The position numbers were made by a program, and so were the translations under genes. Positions 29,420 through 41,160 of a stretch of 64,000 bases of DNA are shown one piece after another. Origin of the DNA: Prochlorococcus sp. AG-355-B18 (GTDB lineage Bacteria; Cyanobacteriota; Cyanobacteriia; PCC-6307; Cyanobiaceae); assembly GCA_003280965.1 (NCBI GenBank), contig QCDI01000001.1:192001-256000 (forward strand). Direction: 5' to 3'. Under the pieces are notes generated by a model. That model searched no databases. It saw only the letters and a list, made by a program, of their open reading frames with translations, and was not told where the DNA came from. The first letter of the stretch is position 1; the number at the start of each line of letters is the position of its first letter.

Positions 29420-29899
29420 TTATGAATCTAACGCCACTTCAATAGCTGCGACTAAGTTTTCGTCAAATGGTTTAACGCCTGGTTTAAATCTTGCAATTAC
29501 TTTACTATCTTTACCTATTAAAAACTTCTCAAAATTCCATTCAACGTCTCCCTCAGGTTCAACTTTGTTTAGAGTTGTGTATGGTTCTGTGGTATTTCCT
29601 TTTGCATGAACTTTTTCATAGATTTCAAATTTGACGCCAAATTTTGTAGTGCAGAAATCTTTTATTTCTGAAAGAGAGTCGGGTTCTTGTTTCCCAAAAT
29701 CATTACATGGGAATGCAAGAATCCTTAGACCTTTGCTTGAATATAAATCATGTAGCTTTTGAAGATCATCATACTGCGCAGTATTTCCGCAGTAACTTGC
29801 TACATTAACCACTAAGATAACTTCCCCTGAGTATTCACCAAGCTTTATAGATGATCCGTCTGCTGAAATAACAGTAGTATTTTGTACGTCAACTTGCAT
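29420..29899 (-). CDS. glutathione peroxidase-family protein (Cys type)
   Basis: VNVASYCG, FPCNDFGKQEP, WNFEKFL. Confidence 0.95.
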   Translation of the reverse strand: MQVDVQNTTVISADGSSIKLGEYSGEVILVVNVASYCGNTAQYDDLQKLHDLYSSKGLRILAFPCNDFGKQEPDSLSEIKDFCTTKFGVKFEIYEKVHAKGNTTEPYTTLNKVEPEGDVEWNFEKFLIGKDSKVIARFKPGVKPFDENLVAAIEVALDS

Positions 29900-30044
29900 G
29901 TCTTAAAAATATTGCTTCTTGAAGATAACATTGTATGGCCTTTTTTGTGTTCAAATTACCTGATGATTTTGGTTATTTCTTTTATAAGTTTTAATTTTTC
30001 ATTTCTTTAACCCTCTATAATTAGTATTATTAGTTAGTTTAAAT

Positions 30045-30287
30045 TTGGACCCTTTAGACCCACTTACTGAAATTATTAATTCCGGTCAAGGTTTTTCACC
30101 TGCAATTGCTTTAGAAAGAATTATTTGGGCAATTATTGGAGTATTTTTTTTAGGAGCAATTTCAACATCTATAACAAATAGCATGAGAAGTCAAAATTGG
30201 TTTGGTATAAAATCTTTATTAAGTTATTCCAAAGATAAAAAAATTACAGATGATTCATCTTCGAAACCTTCTAATCATGATGAATAA
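30045..30287 (+). CDS. small membrane protein
   Basis: ORF track; TTG start; one TM. Confidence 0.55.
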   Translation: MDPLDPLTEIINSGQGFSPAIALERIIWAIIGVFFLGAISTSITNSMRSQNWFGIKSLLSYSKDKKITDDSSSKPSNHDE

Positions 30288-30298
30288 GTTCTATAAAT

Positions 30299-31474
30299 AT
30301 GAAAGATTCAATTTTTTCTAATAAAAGAATTTTATTGCTTGGTAGTGGAGAGCTCGGGAAAGAATTAGTAATTGAATCCAAAAGATTAGGATTAGAAGTT
30401 ATTGCAATTGATCGATATGAAAAGGCACCTGCAATGCAAGTAGCTGATTATTCAAGAGTAATTGATATGGGAGATAAAAATATCTTAAAAAATGTTATAA
30501 AAGAATTTAAACCTGATTATGTTGTCCCTGAAATAGAGGCACTTTCAATTGAAGCCTTAAAAGAATTAGAGGATGAAGGATTCAATATCGTTCCAAACGC
30601 CAGAACTGTAGAAATAACAATGAATAGAGATAAAATTAGAGACTTAGCTTCTAGAGATTTAAAAATAAAAACTGCAAAGTTTGATTATATTTTTGAATCT
30701 GATGATTTACAAAAAAAAGCAGATGAAATTGGATTTCCACTTTTACTGAAGCCTTTAATGAGCTCTTCAGGTAAGGGACAGAGTTTGGTTGAAACAAAAA
30801 ATGATTTACAAAATGCCTGGAAACAGGCACAAGTAAATTCAAGAGGAAAGGTTAAAGGTGTAATTATTGAAGAATTTATTAAGTTTGATTTTGAGTTTAC
30901 TCTCTTAACTGTAAGAAAAGAAAACGGTGAAAATATTTTTTGTTTACCAATTGGACATCTTCAATCTAATGGAGACTATCAATGTAGTTGGCAACCTATA
31001 GAGATCAACGAGTCCCTAATTATTGAAGCTAAAAGAATGACAAGTAGAATATTAAATAACCTTAATGGAGCTGGATTATACGGAGTAGAGTTTTTTATAA
31101 AAGGAAATGAGGTTATATTTTCAGAATTATCTCCAAGACCACATGACACCGGTATGGTTACATTAGTTAGTCAAAATATTAATGAATTTGAATTACATTT
31201 AAGGGCTTTTTTAAATTTACCAATACCGTATATAGATCTAATAGAACCCTCTGCAACCAGAGTTATACTTTCTAATCAAGAGTGTAATAATCCTATTTAT
31301 GAGGGTCTTAATGAAGCATTAGAAGTTGAAAAAACTAAAGTACTAATATTTGGCAAACCAGTTTCCAGAAAAGGCAGAAGAATGGGTGTTGTTCTCTCAT
31401 CAAATTCCGACATTAATTTGGCCAGAAAAAATGCAGATGAAGCTGCTCGTAAAATAAAAGTCAGTTCTAAATAA
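30299..31474 (+). CDS. purT: formate-dependent phosphoribosylglycinamide formyltransferase
   Basis: LLGSGELGKE, KPLMSSSGKGQS, SPRPHDTG, GRRMGV. Confidence 0.96.
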   Translation: MKDSIFSNKRILLLGSGELGKELVIESKRLGLEVIAIDRYEKAPAMQVADYSRVIDMGDKNILKNVIKEFKPDYVVPEIEALSIEALKELEDEGFNIVPNARTVEITMNRDKIRDLASRDLKIKTAKFDYIFESDDLQKKADEIGFPLLLKPLMSSSGKGQSLVETKNDLQNAWKQAQVNSRGKVKGVIIEEFIKFDFEFTLLTVRKENGENIFCLPIGHLQSNGDYQCSWQPIEINESLIIEAKRMTSRILNNLNGAGLYGVEFFIKGNEVIFSELSPRPHDTGMVTLVSQNINEFELHLRAFLNLPIPYIDLIEPSATRVILSNQECNNPIYEGLNEALEVEKTKVLIFGKPVSRKGRRMGVVLSSNSDINLARKNADEAARKIKVSSK

Positions 31475-32110
31475 ATATTAAATAAAAATAACGAAAAAAA
31501 TACTTATTTCCTTAGTTTTTGTTCTCTGTTTCTCTGGGTATTATTTGAGTATGTTCTCTCTTTCTCAATGATAGAAAATTATAAAGGTTGGGAAATAACT
31601 TTAAATTGGGATAATAAAGTTTATCTCGAAAGGGATATTACTAAAAGTAATTTTTTTAACCAAAAGGAAAAATGGATTGGTGTCCACATAAATGGTAAAA
31701 AAATTTATGGTTCTTCTTTAAAAGAAATTAGGCATATCATTGATTATCCTAGTTTGCATACGAAGTAGGTTAAAAGACTTTTTTTAATTATCCTGATTAT
31801 TTTCATTATCTTGAATTAGTTCATTAGCAAGTTTTCTTAAATCTCCCTTAATTGAGACCCAAGTAAAAGCGATTATAAAAATTGAAGCAGATATTGCAAC
31901 AGTGATTTTTTCGATAGGGGACATTCCAAGTGCAATAGCAAACATTTCAAATCAAATAACAATTTTTTATTATATTAAATTTTTTTAGATAGTTTAAATA
32001 AAATTTGTTTTTGAAATGATATTTAATTATTCAAAATATAATAAATTAAATTTAAATTACTTATTTTATTTATTTTTTCTGATTTCAATTTTATTCAGTA
32101 GTATTAAATT

Positions 32111-32332
32111 ATGGAAAAAAAAAAGTGCCCACAATGTAAAAATTTAATTTCAAAAAATTCTCCAACATGTTTATATTGTGGCAGACCTAATAAATTTATA
32201 ACGAAGGAATACGTCAATAAAAAGTGGAATAAAGATAGTTACAAAAATAAATTTGATTATATTTTTACTAATAAGTATCTTGTATTTATTTTAATATTAA
32301 TATTTACGATTGTTATTATTATATTTAGTTAA
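32111..32332 (+). CDS. zinc-ribbon membrane protein
   Basis: CPQC...CLYCG plus C-terminal TM. Confidence 0.6.
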   Translation: MEKKKCPQCKNLISKNSPTCLYCGRPNKFITKEYVNKKWNKDSYKNKFDYIFTNKYLVFILILIFTIVIIIFS

Positions 32333-32346
32333 ATATAAACAATAAA

Positions 32347-34956
32347 TCAATCTATTATTGCATCTAATACTTCTTTAGTATTTGTTGATAGTTTATTTTT
32401 CTTAATCTGCTTTATTGTTTCTATCATATTACTTTTGTAAGGGTCTGAATAATAATTATATCTACTAAATACTTTTACAAAACGGGAAATTACAATTGGA
32501 TTTAATTTATCAAAGTCAATTATCTTTTTTGCAATATATTTATAACCAGAACCATCCATTGCATGAAAAGTACTATTTCTAGTTACGAAAGTATTTAATA
32601 TAGCTCTCAAAGTGTTTGGTGATTTTGAATCAAAAAACTTATTTTCAAATAATTTTTCTATACCACTAGTTTTATCATCAGTTTCTATAGATGCATTGAA
32701 TGAGAACCAACTATCCAAAACGACACTATTATTTTTCCATTTATTGAAGAATATATTTGAAATAATTTTTCTTTCAGGGCAATTAATTCTACTGAAAGAA
32801 TTTAATGCAGCTTTTGCTAAAGTCATCGAATTACTATCGACATAATTAATTATTTTGCTTTTAATTTCCTCATCATCACTGTGTAAGAGTAGTTTCCATA
32901 TAGTTTCGATTAGTTTTCTTTCATTTTTACCGTCTGGCCAGACTTTATCTAGATTTTTCTCTATTTCTTGGAGCTTAGAATATAATACTTTTTTTAATTT
33001 GTTACCGAATATATAATTTAATTCGTCAATAGTTTTATATATTTTTAAAGGGTTAATATTTTCAATCTCTGATTCAATTTCAGCAAATGTCGGAATACTC
33101 AGTAATTCTGATAAAAGAGATAAATTAATATCTTTATTTTTTATAAATGATATCAAGGTACTTATTAATTTATTTTCAATTTTATGATCTGGTTTTTCAT
33201 CTAATCTGTATAAAATGATTTTTTTATAAAATACTTTTACAGTATTGGATAGTGTAAAAAAATCTTTTTCATATTTTAAGATTAAAAATTTTTCATCCAG
33301 GGTAGTGTCTGATTCCCACTCAACTGGTGAAGAGAATTCGCGAAAATAAGTTACTAAAGGGATTTGGAGGTGAGATTTTACATTCCTAAAAATAAATTCT
33401 TGTTTTTTTGTTTTTAAAACAACTGTTTTTTCTATTCTATTATTTTCATCGCAAAATATAGCCAGATTTATTGGAATTATTAGAGGTAAATCATTGTATG
33501 GGTTCTTCTTTATTGGATTATTTTGATAGGCTTGAATTATAAGTTTTTCGTCTGTTTGATCCCAGATTCTCTTGAATTTAACTTTTGGGGTCCCATTTTG
33601 CTTGTACCATACTTTAAATTCTTTAGGATCGATTTCCTTATTGTGCTCTAATATTTTATCGACGAATTGGTCTATTGTTGCTGCCTTCCCATCATATGTT
33701 GAGATGTAATTACTAAATCCTTTGTAGAAATATTTATCACTTACGAGCTTGCTAAGCATCCTAATAATTTCTGATCCCTTTTCGTATATCGTGGTGGTAT
33801 AGAAATTGTCTATTTCTTGATATTTTTCTGGCATTACAGGGTGCGATGTTGGACCAGAATCCTCTCTAAATTGATTTCTTATAAGAAATTTTGCATCCTC
33901 AAGTCTCTTAATTTCATGATTATGAAGGTCTGCAGTGAATTGTTGATCTCTGAAAACTGTTAAACCCTCTTTTAGAGATAATTGAAACCAATCCCTACAA
34001 GTCACTCTATTACCCGTCCAATTATGGAAGTATTCATGGGCGATCACACCCTCTATTCTTTCTAATTCCTCATCAGTTGTTGTTTCAGAATTAGCGAGTA
34101 TTAATTTTGAGTTAAAAATATTTAGACTTTTGTTTTCCATTGCTCCCATATTAAAGTGCCTGACTGCAACTATATTGAACAATGACAAATCGTATTCAAG
34201 ATTATATTTTTCCTCGTCCCATCTCATAGATTTCTTTAAGGAACTTATTGCATGTTGAACATATTTTTCGTCGCCATATTCAACATAAATATTTATTTTT
34301 ACTTTTTTATTCGATTTTGTTATGAAATTATCTTTTACACAATTAAGTTTCCCTCCTACTAAAGCAAATAGATATGAGGGTTTCGGATATGGGTCTTCCC
34401 AAATTATTTCATGACGATTATTTGTTAGATTATTTTCTTTTACGACGTTACCATTTGAAAGTAATACAGGATAATCATTCTTGTCTGCCTCAATTCTCAC
34501 GGTGTATTTGCTTAGAATATCAGGCCTATCAGCGTGAAAACTTATTCTTCTAAATCCTTCAGCCTCGCATTGCGTAGTTATCATTCCATTGCTCTCGTAC
34601 ATTCCTAAAAGTGATGTATTTTCCTTCGGTTTAATTCTTCCTTCTATTTTTAATAAAAAATTATCTTTTTTTATATTTTTAATTTTTAAGTTATTTTTTT
34701 GTTGTTTGTAGTCTTCTTCTTCCTCTAGTAATGAGTCATCTATAAATATTTTTTTTATTAATATATCCGTACCATCAAGAATAAGATTTCTGGTATTCTT
34801 ATTTTTTTTTACTAATTTAAGTTTTGTCGTAACATTAACAAAATTTCTCTTAATTACGAAGTCCAAAAAAATTTCTGGAATTTCATAATCAAAAGCTTTG
34901 TAATCTTCCAGTTTTACATATCTTGAAATACTATTTTGGTTTTTTGGATTGTCCAT
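32347..34956 (-). CDS. pepN: aminopeptidase N (M1)
   Basis: TQCEAEGFRRI, GAMEN, HEYFH...E. Confidence 0.97.
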   Translation of the reverse strand: MDNPKNQNSISRYVKLEDYKAFDYEIPEIFLDFVIKRNFVNVTTKLKLVKKNKNTRNLILDGTDILIKKIFIDDSLLEEEEDYKQQKNNLKIKNIKKDNFLLKIEGRIKPKENTSLLGMYESNGMITTQCEAEGFRRISFHADRPDILSKYTVRIEADKNDYPVLLSNGNVVKENNLTNNRHEIIWEDPYPKPSYLFALVGGKLNCVKDNFITKSNKKVKINIYVEYGDEKYVQHAISSLKKSMRWDEEKYNLEYDLSLFNIVAVRHFNMGAMENKSLNIFNSKLILANSETTTDEELERIEGVIAHEYFHNWTGNRVTCRDWFQLSLKEGLTVFRDQQFTADLHNHEIKRLEDAKFLIRNQFREDSGPTSHPVMPEKYQEIDNFYTTTIYEKGSEIIRMLSKLVSDKYFYKGFSNYISTYDGKAATIDQFVDKILEHNKEIDPKEFKVWYKQNGTPKVKFKRIWDQTDEKLIIQAYQNNPIKKNPYNDLPLIIPINLAIFCDENNRIEKTVVLKTKKQEFIFRNVKSHLQIPLVTYFREFSSPVEWESDTTLDEKFLILKYEKDFFTLSNTVKVFYKKIILYRLDEKPDHKIENKLISTLISFIKNKDINLSLLSELLSIPTFAEIESEIENINPLKIYKTIDELNYIFGNKLKKVLYSKLQEIEKNLDKVWPDGKNERKLIETIWKLLLHSDDEEIKSKIINYVDSNSMTLAKAALNSFSRINCPERKIISNIFFNKWKNNSVVLDSWFSFNASIETDDKTSGIEKLFENKFFDSKSPNTLRAILNTFVTRNSTFHAMDGSGYKYIAKKIIDFDKLNPIVISRFVKVFSRYNYYSDPYKSNMIETIKQIKKNKLSTNTKEVLDAIID

Positions 34957-35006
34957 CTTTAATAAAGATTTTAGATGTTGAATGATCTAGGGTACTTGTC
35001 TTTTAA

Positions 35007-35333
35007 TTATAAGTTTGACCTGTTATCTTCTGTTTCACAAAAATGTGTTTTAATTTCACCAGAGGGAAGTAGTTCGTATAAAGAAGGATTTTCAATATTA
35101 GGCGATCCGTCCTCATTTAATTGGTATCTCCAGTCCCATTTTTTATCAGTAAATGAAATGTAATCTTTCCTTAGAGAGTATGGAAGCATAAGTTTTTTTT
35201 TATTCCAATTAATATTTATAAATGCCCCTGGCTTTAACTCGGATATCTTTTCTACTATTGAAAAGTCACCATTAAAATTATTTCTAATCACAATATTGAG
35301 CTTTGTATTTTCACATAGATAGCTAGTATTCAA
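35007..35333 (-). CDS. hypothetical protein
   Basis: ORF track; SFTDKKWDWRY; start uncertain. Confidence 0.6.
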   Translation of the reverse strand: MNTSYLCENTKLNIVIRNNFNGDFSIVEKISELKPGAFININWNKKKLMLPYSLRKDYISFTDKKWDWRYQLNEDGSPNIENPSLYELLPSGEIKTHFCETEDNRSNL

Positions 35334-35440
35334 AGCTAATAAGAGTATTGAGGTAATAAAAAATGAATAAATTTTTTTACTCCTTTTAAAATGAACTTAC
35401 ATTAAATCTAAATGACTAAATAAAGGGTTTTTGGATCGAT

Positions 35441-36157
35441 TTAAATCATAATTGATTGCATACTCTTTAGATCTACAAGATTACAATTTAATTCCTTTTC
35501 ATAATCCTGAACTGAAATAAAATTATTTAAAAAACCTGAATATTTTGCATCTCCGCCTACGGTACTTGAAAGTATAAATTTTGGGTTGAATTTATTAATC
35601 AGTTTAGGTAATACATCAGCACCTTTTACAAAAGAACCTACTAAGGGTAATTCTAAATTTTTTGTAGGAGTAATGACTGCATCAAGATTTTGTTTATTTA
35701 AATTTTCATCAAGATATCCATGGGGTTCTATATAAAACCCATTATCTTGATCGTCTTTAACAATATATCCGTTTTCTACTTGTGGTACTGGAGCCCCAGC
35801 AGTGGCTTCAAAACTTAAATTAAATTGATTAATCTTTTCAGTTGGCTTAAGCATTTTAATAGAACTAAAACCAATTTTTTCTAATGTTTCAATAGCACTT
35901 TTAGGGCAAATTATAGGAATATCCTTTCTGAACATTTCTAATGTTGGAACATGACAGTGATCAGGTAGACCTTGGGTTAATAAAATAACATCTATTTCTT
36001 TATCTATTAAAATTTCTTCTTCTAATGATCCTTTAAAAAACCATTCACCTGGTGGAAATATTAAATCACCTTTAAGCCATGGATCGATAATTAAATTTGT
36101 ATTTTTAAATTTTATAAACCAACCGTTTGATCCAAGGTAAGTAGCCTCAAAAGCCAT
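35441..36157 (-). CDS. MBL-fold metallo-hydrolase
   Basis: IDPWL, LTQGLPDHCH, EPHG. Confidence 0.85.
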   Translation of the reverse strand: MAFEATYLGSNGWFIKFKNTNLIIDPWLKGDLIFPPGEWFFKGSLEEEILIDKEIDVILLTQGLPDHCHVPTLEMFRKDIPIICPKSAIETLEKIGFSSIKMLKPTEKINQFNLSFEATAGAPVPQVENGYIVKDDQDNGFYIEPHGYLDENLNKQNLDAVITPTKNLELPLVGSFVKGADVLPKLINKFNPKFILSSTVGGDAKYSGFLNNFISVQDYEKELNCNLVDLKSMQSIMI

Positions 36158-36222
36158 TATGAAAGTACTGTTTAATTGACTATAAAGTAATTTTTATTTT
36201 ATCGAGAAGGAACTAACTTAAA

Positions 36223-36525
36223 TTAGTTCGCCTCATTTAAAATTTGAAATGACTTTTTTTTAAGATTAAATATTAAAACTTGGTTATCTTTATAATTAAT
36301 TTTAGAGTATTCTTTTTCTAGCATTTGTAAGGGTATTAGAGCTAATCCTCCTGTTCCTGAAAATATGATCGGCATGGTGCTACTTTTAGTTCCATTCATT
36401 TTTTGTAAGTCAATAGCTTGAGATACTATTTTTTTGGCTCTATCAAATCCGTAATCTTCTATTAATTCAGGCCATAAAAAATTAACTGACTCATATTTTG
36501 AAAACTCAATTTGTATTGTTTTCAT
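36223..36525 (-). CDS. hypothetical protein
   Basis: ORF track. Confidence 0.6.
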   Translation of the reverse strand: MKTIQIEFSKYESVNFLWPELIEDYGFDRAKKIVSQAIDLQKMNGTKSSTMPIIFSGTGGLALIPLQMLEKEYSKINYKDNQVLIFNLKKKSFQILNEAN

Positions 36526-36858
36526 TAAAAATTAGATATTAAAAGATTTATTGATAACGGTTTAGCTTAATTATTATTTTTAAACCTATCCATAACTAGC
36601 TGTAACATATCAACTACATCTCCATCAGTTAAATTTAAATCCTTCTTTAAATCATTGCATGTTAAGTTCATTTCAAGTGCTGCTTCAGCCATATGATTAA
36701 CTTTTTGGTTATCACCGCCTAATGAAATAAATGGATTGAAGTTTTCTATCATTAATGTTTAAAGTTACTACTTAGTTCTAGCTAAGAAATTTTGAATTAT
36801 CATTTATTGATACAGAAGCTTATAAATATGTTATTAATTTTTTAGGAATTATTTATTT

Positions 36859-37239
36859 TTAAACTATAGATGTTGAAATACCTTTAGATATCAATGCGAA
36901 TCTTCTTGCTCCAAGAAGTAACGGAAATATTAATTTTGTTCGTTTATTTGATCTGAATACTTTAGATAGTAATAAGAGTAGACTACTCGAAGGACTATTT
37001 ATTTCTTTGCTTATAGTATTTATTGCGTCTGCTCCATGATAGATATTTTTATCTTTGAGGAGAATAGCACCTTTATCTAGGTCATAACCTTTTTCTAATA
37101 GAGAATTGATTAGAGTTAAATTTTTACGACCATCAAGAATTTTAATATTAGTTATCTTGCTTTTGATTTCAAGGAGTTCTGCGAAATGATTGCAAAAAGG
37201 ACATTCACCGTCATAAATAAAAGTATAGTTTGCAGTCAT
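36859..37239 (-). CDS. DCC1/DUF393 thiol-disulfide oxidoreductase-like protein
   Basis: YDGECPFC. Confidence 0.85.
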   Translation of the reverse strand: MTANYTFIYDGECPFCNHFAELLEIKSKITNIKILDGRKNLTLINSLLEKGYDLDKGAILLKDKNIYHGADAINTISKEINSPSSSLLLLLSKVFRSNKRTKLIFPLLLGARRFALISKGISTSIV

Positions 37240-37443
37240 AAGAAAAATTCCTGTAAATTGTCTTGAAATGCCAAGTAAAAGTGTTTAATACTTTGATATT
37301 AAAATAAAAAATAAAAATTTTGTGGATTGGGAATAAAGGGATTTAGTTAAAAGATTTTCATAATTACGAAGAAATGTCTCAATATAGGTATATTTTTCAC
37401 AAAAATTCTGTATGCTTACTCGAAGATATTATGTTTTAAAATC

Positions 37444-37581
37444 ATGAATTTATTAGCTTCTTTTGCTTTAGGTGGTTTCAATCCTTGGGCAGCAGGCTTC
37501 GGTATTGGGTCTCTAGTCCTTTTTGGTCTTGTTGGACTTGTAGCTGGACCAAATCTTAAGAATTTTGATCCTGATGCATAA
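37444..37581 (+). CDS. 45-aa Gly-rich membrane peptide (not in ORF track)
   Basis: Manual translation MNLLASFALGGFNPWAAGFGIGSLVLFGLVGLVAGPNLKNFDPDA; followed by terminator AAAGACTC..GAGTCTTTT. Confidence 0.6.
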   Translation: MNLLASFALGGFNPWAAGFGIGSLVLFGLVGLVAGPNLKNFDPDA

Positions 37582-38389
37582 ATCACTTGATTTACTATTG
37601 ATTTTAATATAAAGACTCATTAGAGTCTTTTTTTTTTTTTTTTGCGGTTTTTAAAATTTATTTTTAGAATCAGAAAATAATTATATTTTGTTTAATAAAT
37701 GTTGTTAAATCCTTTTTCTCCATTGACTTTTTTGAAGATTTCTTCTTTAAAAGCGACCATTGTTTTTTTATCGATTCTTTTAATAAAATCAAACTTACTT
37801 AGATTGAAAGGGGGACTTATTGGAGGTCTTTTTGCTTTGATACTTATATCAGGAATACTGGCCTCTAGTACTTTGGCTTTAGGATCTCTAGTTTATGCTT
37901 ATAGATTAAGTAAGAATTCTAATCCTGACGATAATCAAGTCCAGAATTTAGAAACAGTTAATATTTAAGAATTTTTAGGGACTATACTTAAACTAGTTCA
38001 CTTAAAATGGGGTTCCTGGAACAAAATGCAATACTAAAAATCCAAAACTTGCAGCAAAAACAATTGATACTGCAATTATAAGAAGACCTGACGCCATCCC
38101 ACCTTCATTAAATGCCATATAGATAGTTATTTTAAGTTAATAATAGACCATATTTGATAACAAGTAATAGTTTTAATTACTCATAAATCATCCAAATTTA
38201 TTATTAATAGTGAATAAAAGTAAAAAGATTGAAGTTAACGAGATGATAAAACCAAATACTATCAATGGTTTAGATTTGCCGTTTTCTTCTTTCTTAGGCT
38301 CGCTTTTCGAAGAAGATAGATTTCTATCTTTTTTTTTATTAATAAGATTAGGAAAAAGTTTAATCACGATAAAATTAAGATTTAGCTTA

Positions 38390-38707
38390 TTACCCTAAAG
38401 TTTTAAACAAATCTTTATGGTAATCAACAACATTTTGACAACTTATTACAGGTGTAAATTCCATATGAATTCCGAATTTGGCTCTCCATGGAGCAAAATG
38501 CTCAAAAATTTCCTTATCACTATAAGCCTTACATAAACAAACTACTCTACCTTCTCCTGGAGCATGTACTCTAAATAACATCTCAAATTTGTCTGTTTTA
38601 TCTGATTTAGCCATTTCGCCATTTTCCCAGGCTTCCACAAATAATTGATAAGCTTTTACTTGATTTTCTATGTCAGGGAATTGGCAGTCAGCAAGAAATA
38701 ATTGCAT
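38390..38707 (-). CDS. DUF3303-family protein
   Basis: RVHAPGEG, IFEHFAPW, FTPV. Confidence 0.75.
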   Translation of the reverse strand: MQLFLADCQFPDIENQVKAYQLFVEAWENGEMAKSDKTDKFEMLFRVHAPGEGRVVCLCKAYSDKEIFEHFAPWRAKFGIHMEFTPVISCQNVVDYHKDLFKTLG

Positions 38708-39403
38708 AGGAATTTTCTTAGATTTTTATTTATTATCCTTCAAAACCTTATTTATTTTTCAGACTGTTTGAATTTGAAGATCAGAAAAATATAATGTAGT
38801 TCTAAATAAAATGAGAAGAAAGAGTTTCAAGAAATTTTCCAATATCTTTTTTATATAAACTATCTGTGATTTTTAAAGAGAATAATTCATAGTCGTTTAT
38901 TTCTTTTTTTTTATCAAAATTAATATTTCCCTTTAATGAAATATTTTTCATGATTGTATTGATCACTATTTAAAATTTAAACAAATTTAATTAAAAGGCA
39001 AATTTCTTTACATTATGTTTTTATAAGAGAAATTGCTAGTTCAATCAGAGAATAATTACTTTATTCAAATCAAGAGTTAATTAGTTTTTCAAAAATATAC
39101 AAAAATGTATTTGTTAAAGAAAAAATTACTGTGCAAAGAGATGCAACAAAAGGTAATAAATTAAACCATAACTCTGATGTCGTCATTTTTGAATCGATAG
39201 TTAGAAATTTAGATCTTTTTTTAATTCTTATTTGTAGCCAAAATATGGATAATGGATAAATAATCCTTGAAAAAGTAATTAAAAAAGAAGGTAAAATACC
39301 TTTGTTGGTATAAAGAATAAATCCTGAAAAAAAGTATATAGCCCAAACTAACATTCTTTGAATTAATATTAATCCCTTACTTCTGCTATACATTATTAAT
39401 TAA

Positions 39404-39880
39404 CTAATTAGTTTTTATAATTTTAATCATTTTATATCTTTCAAAAAAAATATTATTTATAGTAACTTTTTCTTTACGAATAATTTCCCATCCGTTTTTC
39501 AGAAATAATTCATAACTTATCAAGCTTGCCTCAGTTGAAAGAGAATCTAAACCCTCTTTCTTAGCTTCATCTTCTAATTTTTGAAGCAACTTAGAACCGA
39601 AACCTTTTCTCTGGAATTTACCTTTACAATAAAATAAAGCAATTCTATTGTTTGGATACCTTATAGCAAAAGCAATAATTATTCCTTTTTCACTTAAAAG
39701 CCATCCTTTCCCTTTAGTTATTGAATTATCAAAATTTGGATTATCCCACGCTTGGGCACACCATGCTCTTTTTTGCTCTTGACTATATATTTTTTTATCT
39801 AATGATTGAATTGAATCAAAATAAACCTTCTTTAATTCAAGTTGATCTTTAATAGTAATTTGTCTTAAATTCATAAACAA
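39404..39880 (-). CDS. GNAT acetyltransferase (YafP-like)
   Basis: FQRKGFGSKLL acetyl-CoA motif, TEAS. Confidence 0.88.
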   Translation of the reverse strand: MFMNLRQITIKDQLELKKVYFDSIQSLDKKIYSQEQKRAWCAQAWDNPNFDNSITKGKGWLLSEKGIIIAFAIRYPNNRIALFYCKGKFQRKGFGSKLLQKLEDEAKKEGLDSLSTEASLISYELFLKNGWEIIRKEKVTINNIFFERYKMIKIIKTN

Positions 39881-39894
39881 ATCATTAATTTATT

Positions 39895-40575
39895 ATGCAT
39901 AGTAAAAATATAGTCGCAATTGGGGGAGGAGGGTTTGGACGTTCTTTGGGCTCTCTTGAAATTGAAAAATACATAATTTCTTTAATTAGTAAAAAAAGAC
40001 CAAAAATTTGCTTTATCCCAACAGCATCTGGCGATAGTAGTTTGTATAAACTTAACTTTTATAGAGCATTTTCTAAACTAGATTGCATAACAAGTCATAT
40101 TGATTTTTTCTCTAGAACAGAAAACTTAGAAGAGAAAGTTTTAACTCAAGATATCATTTATGTTGGCGGAGGAAATACAAAAAGTATGTTGGCAGTTTGG
40201 AAAGAATGGAATTTACATAACATCTTATGAGATGCTTATGAAAAAGGTATTGTAATGAGTGGTGTAAGTGCTGGAGTTATTTGTTGGTTTGAGAAGGGAA
40301 TAACTGATTCTTTTGCTGAGGAATTGAATATAATTGATTGCTTAGGACTAGTTAAAGGTATTTCTTGCCCTCATTTCGATGAAGAGAAAGAGAGGGAACC
40401 TTATGTTAATGATGTTATTCAGAGAGAAATTATTGAATCTTGTATTTGTATTGAGGGCAATTGTGCCTTGCATATCAAAAATGATTTTGAATATTTCTCA
40501 ATAGATTTTGGTAATGGTAAAAAGTGTTTTAGAGTGACTAAGGATAATAATAATTTAATAAAAGAAATCATTTGA
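39895..40575 (+). pseudogene. peptidase E (S51) with in-frame TGA
   Basis: FIPTASGD, YVGGGNT, GVSAG, CPHFD all in one frame; single TGA at 40228-40230. Confidence 0.85.
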
Positions 40576-40597
40576 TGAGAAAATATTTCAAATATTT

Positions 40598-41002
40598 TTA
40601 GATCTCTTCATTTTTTGAGATAGAAGTAAATTCAATACCTTTGTATTTTATGAATGTTGCAGTCCATACTTCTTTAGAGAGATTGCCAAGGTATTTTAAG
40701 AATTGTTGTGTATCTCCATCTCTTATCCATTCAGATTTAATAAATGGCAGTTCTTTTTGCATCCTTTTAGGATGCATATGAACCAAAAGTAATCCTTTAT
40801 CTTCAGAGACCCGTTTCAATGCACCTTCATCACTCCTTTGAAAAACTCTTAGTAGAAGATTTAAAATAACTTCTTCACCAAGTTTCTTGAAATTTTCTGG
40901 TTCCACTAAATTATCCTTAACTTCTTTTCCTCCAAGAGGCATTGCTCTAACAAGGTTTTGTTCTATTAATGCTATTGCAATTAGATAATCTTGGCTTGCC
41001 AT
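40598..41002 (-). CDS. conserved hypothetical protein
   Basis: RAMPLGGK, LLLRVFQRSDEG. Confidence 0.7.
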   Translation of the reverse strand: MASQDYLIAIALIEQNLVRAMPLGGKEVKDNLVEPENFKKLGEEVILNLLLRVFQRSDEGALKRVSEDKGLLLVHMHPKRMQKELPFIKSEWIRDGDTQQFLKYLGNLSKEVWTATFIKYKGIEFTSISKNEEI

Positions 41003-41160
41003 ATTGTTAAAATTACTTTTTTATATTCTAACCTCTCGAGTTCATTAAAATCTTTTATGGTTAAATGATTTTCTAAAACAATGAAAAATCAATTAAATTT
41101 TTCTTATCAAACTGTACCTTTTTTAATATTTATAGTATTTAATGATATTAAATTTTAAAT

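Noticed and set aside
40228..40230. Selenocysteine or alternative-code readthrough of TGA
   Set aside because: The position is not a catalytic Cys site, no SECIS-like hairpin is evident, and TGA is a normal stop elsewhere in the window.
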